The notes beneath the pieces are model-generated. The model was not told the origin of the DNA, searched no databases, and saw nothing but the letters and a program-made list of their open reading frames with translations. The position numbers and the translations under genes were made by a program. Source: Pedosphaera sp. (GTDB lineage Bacteria > Verrucomicrobiota > Verrucomicrobiia > Limisphaerales > SIBH01). Taken from it: a stretch of 14,915 bases of DNA. Positions within the stretch are counted from its first letter, which is position 1, and each line of letters opens with the position of its first letter. Shown in pieces: positions 6,153 through 14,820 of the stretch. Location of the stretch: positions 1 through 14,915 of the forward strand of contig JANOQV010000297.1 of the NCBI GenBank assembly GCA_031414955.1, in the 5' to 3' direction.

Positions 6153-9100
6153 TCATGGCCGTGGAATCGTGGACCGGTAAACCCGGTTGGTGATGCTGTT
6201 GGGCGGTGAGTCGATCGCGGTGTACTCGCCCAGGGCGTCCGCCGCGATATTGGTGAAAGTTTGCCAGGCTGGTTGCAGTTCATCCGTGAACTGCACGGCG
6301 TAAGAGCGCCCCGGCACGCCCGCAAAATTCAGCGTCTGCGTTCCGTCCGCCGAGGACTGCACCAGATTCTTGGGCGGGCCGGTGTCGGAGTTGATCGCGA
6401 CCGAGGCCGCGCCCGCACTCACCGCCGCGCGGGCGTCGGTGAAGCTGAAATCGATGGTGTCCGCGTTGGTGAAGGCCACATCCGGCGTGTAGAAGAACCA
6501 CGCGCCGCGTTGGGCGACCGGCATGCCGGCCAAAGAGTTGGCGGCCAAGGTGAAGGCCAGCGCATCACCATCCTGGTCGGTGGCGGCAAAGGCATTGGTC
6601 CGCGCCTTGAATCCGCCAAACCAGTAGCGCATAAAGCCGGGTGAATTGAGCGACGGAAAATGGTTGAGCGTGAGCAGCGCATTCGAGCTGGTGGTCGCCG
6701 CAGAGTTGCTGATCACGACTGAGTACCAGCCGGCGTTCGCATCCTGGACATTGGCGAGCGCGAGCATGGCGTTGGTCGCTCCGGCCAGCGCGTTGGAGTT
6801 AAGCAGCCATTGATAGCGGAACGGCGTCTGGCCATCGGCCAGCACGGTGAAGCTGACATTGGAACTCACGTTCACCCACTGCGGCTGTGGATGCGCGACC
6901 ATGCGCGGCGGCCCCGGCGTCACGACTGTGACCACGGGCGAGGTCGCTCCGCCCGTGCCATTCGTCGCACGCACGCGGTAGTAGTAAGTGGTTGAGGCAT
7001 TCAAGCCGGTGTCGAGTGCGTTCGTGAAATTGGCGAAGACTCCCCCGACCACGGAGAAGCTCACGCCGTCCAGGGATCGCTCGAGCGCGTAACCGGTCTC
7101 GTTGGTCGCGGTGTTGGCCCAGGTGATGCGCGCCTGGGTAGCGTTGGTAATGACGGCCGTGACGTGCGCGGGGCCGGGCGGCGCATTCGTGACGTAACCG
7201 CCTTTCACGATGGTGAAGCGGTCGAGCACATTGCTCGTGGTGCCAAGCAGGATGGCATCGAGCCGGTTGCTCGAAAGGTCGAGCACCATGGAACTGAGCA
7301 GGCCCAGCGAGCGTAGCATCGCCGGGTGCGTGCTCGAAAACCCGCCGGCCTGGCCCGAAGCACCGGCAACCGTATAGATGGCACCGTCCGGACCAGACTT
7401 CTGGTAATAGCCGTTGGCGGAGCCGTCGCCGTTGTCGCGCTTGTTCAAATCGGAGAAAGTGCTGGAGAGACCGTAGTGGCCGCTCATCAAGTAAGAGCGT
7501 TCATAAGCGTGCGTGTGGCCTCCGAGCACAAGATCAACGCCATACGCTTCGAGAATGGGCACGAAGTTGACGCGCATGACAATTTCCTGGGCCACGGTGT
7601 CAGAATTTTGCGGTCTGCTGTAAGGCGGGTGATGCCAGAACGCGATGGTCCAGGGCTGCACGTTGGCCGCGAGATCAGCGCGCAGCCAGTTCGCCATCGC
7701 GCTGTTCGAGGTCGTGGCGGAGGTCTGCGAATCGAGGCAGACGAAGTGAACATTCGCGTAGTCGAAGGAGTAGTAACGCTCCGTGCCCGAGGCCGCCCCG
7801 CCCGCCTCGCCATTTTGCGGCAACGAAAAAATGTCCAGATACGGAAAGGCCGCGATGCTGGTCAACTGCGCGCTGTCGTGGTTGCCGATGGTGGGCCAGG
7901 ACGGAGTATTGCGCAGCACCGTGGGATAAATGTCGAACAGGCCAACCTGATACTCCTCGTCTGTGCCGTTGTTATAGACGTTATCCCCGAGCATCAGCAC
8001 CAGGTCGGCGTCTCGGGAACTGCGGGCAAAGTTGTAATACGAATCGCGCACCGCCTTCTGGTTCGCCGCCGGGCCGGGTCCCAACGGCGCCGTGCCCGCA
8101 TCGCCCAGCACCCAGAGGCGCATGTTCTTGTTCGCGCCGCTCTCCGGCGAGGTGCTCAAGAAATGATTCGTGTCCCCGCCGGCCAGCGCTCCGTTCGTGG
8201 TGCCCACCGAGTAAAAGAATTTTGTGTCGGGCGGCAGGTTGCTCACGGTGAGGACGTGTTCGTTCGTGCTCACGGCGTCATCGACGAAGCTGGTCAGCGT
8301 CGCGATGGTCGATCCATAGGCCACGCGACTGGCCGTGGCCTGGCTTGTGCGCCAACGCACGACAACGCTGTTGGTCGTGTTCATCTGGAGGTAAGGCCCG
8401 CGTGTCACCGTGGCCGCGCTGACCACCACGCTAATGGGCGCCGAGGTGGTGATTAGCCCGCGCTGGTCGCTCGCGATGGCGCGCAAGGCGTAAGTGGCGG
8501 CACTCACATTCACCCAACTGAAAGTGAACGGCGCGCTCGCGACGCTGCCGAGGTTCGTGCCGTTGGCGGTGAACTGCACATTGGTCACCGTGCCGTCGCT
8601 GTCGGTGGCGGAAGCGGTGAGGGCAATGGTGCTGCCCGGCGTGAAGCTCGCGTTGTTCGTCGGCGTGGTGAGGGCGACAGCCGGGGGCAAGTTCGTCGCG
8701 ATGGCAATGCTCACCGGGGCCGAAGTGCTGGCCAGTGAATTCGTCGCCACCGCCACGGCCGTGAGCGTGAAGCTGCCCACCGGCGCGTTGCTCCACGTCA
8801 AGGCCCACGGATCGTTGGTCGCGGTGCCGAGAAGGTTTGTGCCCGAGTAGAAATCCACGCGCTCCACGCCGGCGTTGGTGTCCGTGACGGACGCGACGAT
8901 CAGCACGTCCACGGGGACGACGAAGGCCGCCCCATTCGTTGGCGCGGTCAACCGCACCACCGGATCATGCACCGTCACATTGGCGACAATGGAGGTCGCG
9001 CTCGCCCCGAAGTTGTCCACCGCCACGGCGCGCAAGGCGTAGTGGCCCGGGATGACATTTGACCAGAGGAGCGTGAAGCTGCCCGCACCATTGCTCACCG

Positions 9101-11201
9101 CGAGGCCGAAATTTGCGAGGCCGGCGAGGAAGAACACATTGGTCACTGCGCCGTCGAGGTCGGAGGCCGTGGCGGACAAGGTCAGGTTCGTGGCCGCGAC
9201 GATCTGCGCGCCATTGGTCGGGTCAATGAGGGTGACGGAGGGCAAAAGGTTCGTCGTGGTGTCGATGAGCGAAAGGTCGAAGCTGAGGTCGGCGCTGGCG
9301 CCGACAAACTGGTGCATCTCCACCGCCAACGCATTCGTCCCGGCCACGAGCAGCGCGGAGGAGATGTTCGTGGGAAAGAACGTGGCCTCGTCCGCACCGC
9401 CGCTGTTGACGAGGGCCAACGTGGTGTAAGTGACCGCACCGGTCGGCAAGTTGTTGCGGAAGACCTCGGTGCCGTTCAGGTAAACGATCGCGCCGTCGTC
9501 GCGGAGGACGCGGAGCGTCAGGCTCTGGTAGAGCACAGGATTCCCGACCACGAAGGCGCGACGGAAATACGTGATGATGTACTTGTTGTTCGCGTCCGGG
9601 CCGTAGCCAATCACCGTCGCCTCATCGGCGTCGCCATAACCGAGTTGCGCCGGGCCGCTGGCCCACGCGCTATCGCTGAAACCGGGCGCGATCCAGTTGG
9701 TGCCTTGATTCGATCCGTTGTCGAGATAACGCCAGACCGAGCCGGTGGCGACGAGCGTCGTGGGCACGGTGGCAATGGTCACGCTGACCGGGGCGGATGT
9801 GGTGGCGAGACCGCGATCATCGCTGGCGATGGCGAGCAAAGTGTAGATACCCGGAAAGGAATTCGCCCAAGTCACAGCAAACGGCGCGCTCGCATCGCTG
9901 CCCAGCACGCTGCCGTTCACCATAAACTGGACGTTGGTCACGGACCCATCCACGTCGCTCGCCGTCGCGCTGAGCGCAATGTTGCTGCCGGAGCCGAGGG
10001 TCGCGTTGGGCGCAGGCGCGGTGAGCGAAACAGTTGGAGACTGGTTGGTAGCGATGACGACGCTGACCGGGGCGGAGGTGTTGGCGACTTGATTGGTGCC
10101 CAGCGCGATGGCGGTCAACGTGAACAGTCCAGGGGGCGCATTGCTCCAGGTGAACGCCCAAGGTTCGTTCGTGAGCGAGCCAATCTGGTTGAGGCCGGCG
10201 TAAAAATCCACGCGCTCCAGCACGGCATTGCTGTCCGTGATCGTCGCGGCGAGCGGCACGTCTAAGGGGCCGATGAAGCCCGCGCCATTCGTCGGCGTGG
10301 TCAACTGCACCACCGGGTCATGCAGCGTGATATTGACCACCGCCGAGGTGGCGAGTGCGCCGAAGTTGTCCGCCGCCACGGCGCGCAACGCGAAATAGCC
10401 GGGCGCGGCATTGGACCAGTCCAAGGTGAAGCTGCCGGCACCGTTGCTCGACGCGTGGCCCAGACTGCTCGCGCCGGACAAGAAGAAAACATTGGTCACG
10501 GTACCGTTCGCATCCGAGGCGCTGGCTCCGAGCACGATCGGAGAAACCACGGTGAGCACCGCGCCATTGGCCGGATTCGTGATGCTGACCGCAGGGGGAG
10601 AGTTCGTGCTGGTGTCGATCAAGGACAACTCGAAGCTGATGTCGCTGCTGTTTCCAGCGGACTGATGAATTTCCGCCGCGATGATGTTTGTGCCTTCGAG
10701 GAGCAGCGACGAACTCACATTGGTCGTCAGCACGGCGGCACCGTCGTCAGACGCGCTCACGAGCGCCAGGGTGGAGTATAGAATTGCGCCCGTGGCCAGG
10801 TTATTGCGGAACACTTCCGCGCCATTCAGATAGACCACGATGCCGTCATCGCGGCGCACGCTCAGGCTCAGGCTGGAGAAGGCCCAGGCGTTGGAGACGG
10901 TGATGGCACGGCGGAAATACGTGGTGATGTATTTGGCGCTCGCGTTCGGTCCGTAGCCGACCACGGTCGCCTCGTCGCCATCCCCGTAGCCGAGCTGCGC
11001 CGGGCCATTGCTCCAGCCGCTGTCGTTGAAGCTGTTCGATCTCCAAGCCGTGGCCTGATCCGTGCCGTGGTCGAGGTAACGCCAGACACTGCCCGTGGAA
11101 ACGAGCGTGGTCGCGGCGGGGCAGGAAAAAGCGAGCACCGCGCAGAACGCCAGCCAGGCGACCACGGCACCGATGTTTTTGCTGATCCCGGTTTGCTTCA
11201 A
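6153..11201 (-). CDS. Large secreted metallophosphoesterase (purple acid phosphatase family) with 2x[galactose-binding-like domain + 3 Ig-like Big_7], FN3, Ig, cadherin-like and C-terminal module; ~1682 aa
   Basis: PAP motifs GDAG, GDNVY, GNHD, WHHPPY, GHTH in 7203-8123, preceded by a TRGPYLQ..VVVRWRT PAP N-terminal domain. Start uncertain: in-frame TTG at 11201 gives signal peptide MKQTGISKNIGAVVAWLAFCAVLAFSCPA; the ORF is open to 11432. Confidence 0.85.
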   Translation of the reverse strand: MKQTGISKNIGAVVAWLAFCAVLAFSCPAATTLVSTGSVWRYLDHGTDQATAWRSNSFNDSGWSNGPAQLGYGDGDEATVVGYGPNASAKYITTYFRRAITVSNAWAFSSLSLSVRRDDGIVVYLNGAEVFRNNLATGAILYSTLALVSASDDGAAVLTTNVSSSLLLEGTNIIAAEIHQSAGNSSDISFELSLIDTSTNSPPAVSITNPANGAVLTVVSPIVLGASASDANGTVTNVFFLSGASSLGHASSNGAGSFTLDWSNAAPGYFALRAVAADNFGALATSAVVNITLHDPVVQLTTPTNGAGFIGPLDVPLAATITDSNAVLERVDFYAGLNQIGSLTNEPWAFTWSNAPPGLFTLTAIALGTNQVANTSAPVSVVIATNQSPTVSLTAPAPNATLGSGSNIALSATASDVDGSVTNVQFMVNGSVLGSDASAPFAVTWANSFPGIYTLLAIASDDRGLATTSAPVSVTIATVPTTLVATGSVWRYLDNGSNQGTNWIAPGFSDSAWASGPAQLGYGDADEATVIGYGPDANNKYIITYFRRAFVVGNPVLYQSLTLRVLRDDGAIVYLNGTEVFRNNLPTGAVTYTTLALVNSGGADEATFFPTNISSALLVAGTNALAVEMHQFVGASADLSFDLSLIDTTTNLLPSVTLIDPTNGAQIVAATNLTLSATASDLDGAVTNVFFLAGLANFGLAVSNGAGSFTLLWSNVIPGHYALRAVAVDNFGASATSIVANVTVHDPVVRLTAPTNGAAFVVPVDVLIVASVTDTNAGVERVDFYSGTNLLGTATNDPWALTWSNAPVGSFTLTAVAVATNSLASTSAPVSIAIATNLPPAVALTTPTNNASFTPGSTIALTASATDSDGTVTNVQFTANGTNLGSVASAPFTFSWVNVSAATYALRAIASDQRGLITTSAPISVVVSAATVTRGPYLQMNTTNSVVVRWRTSQATASRVAYGSTIATLTSFVDDAVSTNEHVLTVSNLPPDTKFFYSVGTTNGALAGGDTNHFLSTSPESGANKNMRLWVLGDAGTAPLGPGPAANQKAVRDSYYNFARSSRDADLVLMLGDNVYNNGTDEEYQVGLFDIYPTVLRNTPSWPTIGNHDSAQLTSIAAFPYLDIFSLPQNGEAGGAASGTERYYSFDYANVHFVCLDSQTSATTSNSAMANWLRADLAANVQPWTIAFWHHPPYSRPQNSDTVAQEIVMRVNFVPILEAYGVDLVLGGHTHAYERSYLMSGHYGLSSTFSDLNKRDNGDGSANGYYQKSGPDGAIYTVAGASGQAGGFSSTHPAMLRSLGLLSSMVLDLSSNRLDAILLGTTSNVLDRFTIVKGGYVTNAPPGPAHVTAVITNATQARITWANTATNETGYALERSLDGVSFSVVGGVFANFTNALDTGLNASTTYYYRVRATNGTGGATSPVVTVVTPGPPRMVAHPQPQWVNVSSNVSFTVLADGQTPFRYQWLLNSNALAGATNAMLALANVQDANAGWYSVVISNSAATTSSNALLTLNHFPSLNSPGFMRYWFGGFKARTNAFAATDQDGDALAFTLAANSLAGMPVAQRGAWFFYTPDVAFTNADTIDFSFTDARAAVSAGAASVAINSDTGPPKNLVQSSADGTQTLNFAGVPGRSYAVQFTDELQPAWQTFTNIAADALGEYTAIDSPPNSITNRVYRSTIPRP
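8410..11111 (-). repeat. Internal tandem duplication of ~1350 bp (450 aa)
   Basis: TTLVSTGSVWRYLD at 11111 and TTLVATGSVWRYLD at 9761; each unit has GPAQLGYGD.DEATV, RDDG..VYLNG.EVFRNNL and three collinear Ig domains. Confidence 0.9.
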
Positions 11202-11609
11202 TTCGGCAGTACGGTTGCCCGGCGTCCCGGTCACCGGCGCAGAACGCTGGAGTGCCTGTTGCGAAATCGACCCAGACCAAATGAATCCGAGGCGCTCCCA
11301 TTGGTGGGCAGGGGTCAAGATCGAGACCTGAACAGAATGGTTCTCGGCGTGCCAAGCAGCCCGAAAGCCCCGGACGGCGCGTCTCCTCGCCTTCGGTCGG
11401 GATGGTTGGATTGGTGTGCCGAGTTCAATCAATAAGTGTGTAACTCAAGCGCGGCGATCTTGTGAATAGTGACAAATGACACTAGTGGCGGATCGGGGGG
11501 CTGATGCTGGACACAAGCGAAGTGTCGCAAGCGCGAATACCACCTGCAGCCTGGTGTCGAGCCGGCCCACCGGTGAAGAAACAGGCCGCAGTCGGGAAGT
11601 ATGTCGTCG

Positions 11610-14582
11610 CTACCGGACTGATTGCAGATAGGCGAACAAATCCCGCACCTGTTGCGGGGTGAGTGATTCGACCAAGCCTTCCGGCATGAGCGAAATCGCG
11701 GAGGCATTGATCTCCTTGACCTCGGCGCGGTTCAAGATGGTGCGCTGGTTCTGGGCATCGAGCAGAGTCAGCGCGCTGGCGCTTTGTTCCGCGATGAGAC
11801 CGGTGAGCGAGCGTCCGTCCTTCATCTCCACGTTGTGGTTCACGTACTCAGGGCGGATGAAGGCGCTGGGATCGACGACCTGGGAGAGCAACCAGTCCAC
11901 GTTCTTCCGATCCGCGCCGGTCAGTTCGGGACCGAGGGTGCTGCCTTCGCCGAAAAGCTGGTGACAAGTCGCGCAGAGGGCGGTGAAGAGCTTCTTGCCG
12001 TTAGGCGCGTCGCCCTGGAAACGGAGCGTGGTGCCGCTGGGATTCAACACGAGCTTGAGCTGGTTCACCGTGCTGGCCTTCTCGTCCGAAGTTTGCGTCT
12101 GGAGTTTGCCCCAGCGTTTTTCGATGGTGGCAGTGAGCGGGGCGTTGGTGTGGCGCAACATCTGGCGCAGCAAGTCGGGCGAAAGGTCTTTCGCGTCCAC
12201 GGTGCCGCGGTCCACGGCGCGGAGGAGTTCTCCAGCCCAGGTCGCGCGGGCGGCCAGCACGGTGCGGGCGCGGGTGCGGGCTTCGGGGGAGAGCTTGGGG
12301 AAATGCTGGAGGAGGGCGGCGGCGAGTTGCGGGTCGTCGAAGTTCTGGAGGGCGCTCACGGCGGCGAGTTGGAGTTTGGGCTTGTCGCCAAGCAGCCGCA
12401 ACAGCGCGGGCGGAGCGGAGGTCACGGCGCATTGACCGAGCACGTCGGCCAGGGCGATGCGTTCAGCCTCGGGCCGGGAGTTGTCCACGAGTCGTTCCAG
12501 GGCGAGCTGTTGCGCCTCGGGCAGACCGACGCGGAGGCCGACGCGCAGACCAGCGCCCAAGAGCGAGGGATCGTTCGCCGACCAGCGCGCGGCCAGTTCC
12601 TGTTTCAACTCCTCGCGGGCCTGGACGCCCTGCCCGGCCCAGGCTTGGTCGAAGCCGCGCAGCAATTCGCCACGCTCGTCCGGCCCCGGCGCGGTGCGCA
12701 GCAGCCACACGCAGGCGTGCCGGCCGATGGACGAGTCGAGCGAGGCGAACCGGCGCGCGATGCGTTCCAGCAGATGCCGGCGCACCATCGGCAGCCGCCA
12801 GTCAGCGGCGCTGGCCAGCACGCGAATGCCGTCGCTCAGATCGATGGTCAGCTTGTCCTCGATGGTCCACCAGAGGAGCAATGGAATCTGCGGGTCGGTC
12901 ACGTCTTCGGAGTGTTGGAGTAACTCACGCACGACGGCCATCGCGGGGGCGGCGGGCCAGCGTTTGGCCGAGCAGGCGAGCTGGTTGCGCACGGATGAGT
13001 TTTGCTCCGCGCGGGCCAGCGCAGCGACGTGCGGCTGGAGTTCTGGCGAAAGGGTTTTGGTGTCGCCGAGCAAGCGCACGGTCCACGCGCGCACCGGCGG
13101 GTGCGGATGCAGAATCAGGTTCGTCGCGAGCACCTCGTCGAAGCCGCCGCTGACCTGGAGCGCCCAGAGGGATTGGAGGGCGAGCGGCGCGTTGGTGCGC
13201 TGCAAGGTCTGGGCGCGCAACCGGGCCAGGACGTTCGTGTCGCGGCGCGCGGCGAGTTGCTGGCGCGCGGCGCGGCGGAAGAAGTCGTTGCGGTTGGTGA
13301 GTTGATCGACGAGTTGATCGCTCGTGAGCGTCGCGAGGTTCAGCGGTGGCTGGCCTCGCGCTGCGAGGCCATTCGCTCGCAGCGCGAGCGAATCCACCTT
13401 CGCGACGCGATAGATTCTGCCGCTGGCCTTGTCCCAGTTGTCCACGGGATCGACGTGCGAGGCGCGCGGATCGCACCAGTCCACGACGTAGAGCGCGCCG
13501 TCGGGTCCGGTCAGACAATCGATCGGGCGGAACGTGCTGTCATCACTCTCCAGCAGCGGGCCGCCGAAGCTGCCCTTCCAACTCGAACCATCGCGCTCCA
13601 GTTTGTGCCAGTAGATGGCGCTCGAAAGCAGATTGGCCGCGAGGTAGGTGCCGTGGAAGGAATCGGGAAACGCGCCGCCTTGATATACAATTCCTCCGCA
13701 AGTGACGTGACCGCCCTTGAAGCCGCGCATCGGGATGTGATCGAAATAACCGTAGCTGTGCGGATTGTGCAACGGTCCGTGCTTGGCGAAACCTTTCACG
13801 TAATAAGCGCCCTGCACCTGATGCAGTCCGATCTTCTCGCCGAAGTTGGTGCCGGCGATGAGTTCGCCTTCCTCGTTGAAGTCCACGCCCCAGGTGTTGC
13901 CGCCGCCTTCCGCGAACAGCTCGAACTCGCGCGTGACCGGATGATAGCGCCAGATGCCCTGCTGAAACTCGATCCCTCGGATGTTCGCCGTGACGGTGCT
14001 GCCGTGGGCGCCGTAGAGCCAGCCATCAGGACCAAACTGAAGCGAGTTCGCGAACGCGTGCGAATCCTCCATGCCGAAACCGGTGAGCAGCACCTCGGGA
14101 TCACCATCAGGAACGTCATCACGATTCTTGTCGGCGTAGAAGAGCAGATACGGCGGCTGCGCCACGAACACGCCGCCGTGACCGAGCGCCATCCCGGAGG
14201 CGAGATTCAGTCCGGTGACGAAATCCTTGAACTTGTCCGCCGCGCCGTCGCCATCGGTGTCTTCGCAAATCGTGATCTTGTCCGCGCCCTTCGGTCCGCG
14301 CGGCGGCGGCTCGGGCACGCGGTCGTACTTGGTGCGGAGATATTGATCGACGCTCACCGCCTTCAGGCCGGCGGGATTCGGATACTGCAAGTACTGCACG
14401 ACCCAGATGCGGCCGCGTTCGTCGAAGCTGATCGTGACCGGTTGGCGGATGTTGGGTTCGCTGGCGACGAGCTTGACCTCGAAGCCCGGCGCGACGCGCA
14501 TTTGCCGAAGAGCTTCAGCGGGCGAAGGCGCGGCGAGACCGCAGACGGCGGAGCAAAGCAACAAGACGATGATGGCGCGCAT
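11610..14582 (-). CDS. PVC-type heme-binding CxxCH protein (putative membrane-bound dehydrogenase beta-propeller + HEAT repeats + cytochrome c domain); 990 aa
   Basis: Signal peptide MRAIIVLLLCSAVCGLA; PGFEVKLVASEP..FDERGRIWVV..YP, EDTDGDG.AD, FGPDGWLYG, GPDGALYVVDW, GRIYRV; helical repeats; CATCH at 11961-11975, GPELTG, VDPSAFI.PEY, SLMPEGL. Confidence 0.92.
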   Translation of the reverse strand: MRAIIVLLLCSAVCGLAAPSPAEALRQMRVAPGFEVKLVASEPNIRQPVTISFDERGRIWVVQYLQYPNPAGLKAVSVDQYLRTKYDRVPEPPPRGPKGADKITICEDTDGDGAADKFKDFVTGLNLASGMALGHGGVFVAQPPYLLFYADKNRDDVPDGDPEVLLTGFGMEDSHAFANSLQFGPDGWLYGAHGSTVTANIRGIEFQQGIWRYHPVTREFELFAEGGGNTWGVDFNEEGELIAGTNFGEKIGLHQVQGAYYVKGFAKHGPLHNPHSYGYFDHIPMRGFKGGHVTCGGIVYQGGAFPDSFHGTYLAANLLSSAIYWHKLERDGSSWKGSFGGPLLESDDSTFRPIDCLTGPDGALYVVDWCDPRASHVDPVDNWDKASGRIYRVAKVDSLALRANGLAARGQPPLNLATLTSDQLVDQLTNRNDFFRRAARQQLAARRDTNVLARLRAQTLQRTNAPLALQSLWALQVSGGFDEVLATNLILHPHPPVRAWTVRLLGDTKTLSPELQPHVAALARAEQNSSVRNQLACSAKRWPAAPAMAVVRELLQHSEDVTDPQIPLLLWWTIEDKLTIDLSDGIRVLASAADWRLPMVRRHLLERIARRFASLDSSIGRHACVWLLRTAPGPDERGELLRGFDQAWAGQGVQAREELKQELAARWSANDPSLLGAGLRVGLRVGLPEAQQLALERLVDNSRPEAERIALADVLGQCAVTSAPPALLRLLGDKPKLQLAAVSALQNFDDPQLAAALLQHFPKLSPEARTRARTVLAARATWAGELLRAVDRGTVDAKDLSPDLLRQMLRHTNAPLTATIEKRWGKLQTQTSDEKASTVNQLKLVLNPSGTTLRFQGDAPNGKKLFTALCATCHQLFGEGSTLGPELTGADRKNVDWLLSQVVDPSAFIRPEYVNHNVEMKDGRSLTGLIAEQSASALTLLDAQNQRTILNRAEVKEINASAISLMPEGLVESLTPQQVRDLFAYLQSVR
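13345..13398. repeat. 54-bp in-frame inverted REP-like doublet inside the CxxCH gene
   Basis: GGTGG...CCACC ends; hairpins TGGCCTCGC-GCT-GCGAGGCCA (13351-13371) and ATTCGCTCGC-AGC-GCGAGCGAAT (13371-13393). Confidence 0.75.
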
Positions 14583-14588
14583 CTTTCG

Positions 14589-14616
14589 AGTGTGGCGAGT
14601 CGGACGGGAGGCGCAA
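14589..14616 (-). promoter_or_regulatory. Putative promoter TTGCGC-N16-CACACT, 6 nt upstream of ATG (leaderless candidate)
   Basis: On the - strand: TTGCGC (14616-14611), CACACT (14594-14589), CGAAAG, ATG (14582). Confidence 0.4.
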
Positions 14617-14820
14617 CGATTTCATTCCCGGGCCAGGCAGAGAACTCCAGCCGAGCGGCAACGAGCCAGGAGCACAACGCTGTCGGCCAGCGAAGCTCAG
14701 CCGCCAACCGGTGGACCCAAAATCCAGGACGCAGAAATCTTCTGCGGAGAGGATCGTCCAAAAGAAAAGAGCCGATCCGAAAGTTTGTGTGCGGGTCAGA
14801 ACTGAGCGAGAAGAAAGCAC

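Noticed and set aside
6041..6325. N-terminal extension of the 882-aa ORF
   Set aside because: Overlaps the upstream gene and precedes a clear signal peptide starting at ATG 6040.
11335..11356. Sigma54 promoter (TTGGCACG on - strand)
   Set aside because: The -24 element is present but there is no TTGC at -12 (reads GAGAAC).
11202..11432. N-terminal extension of the 1759-aa ORF
   Set aside because: Atypical composition, and it would bury the signal peptide ~80 residues in; TTG 11201 preferred, though unproven.
14700..14790. c-di-GMP-I riboswitch (GGACGCAGAAA)
   Set aside because: Lacks the GGCAAA/GNRA P2 and the GCAAA-P3 arrangement.
14670..14795. Integron attC-like site (GCACAAC ... GTTTGTG)
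   Set aside because: R boxes are not properly complementary, no L boxes, no cassette array.
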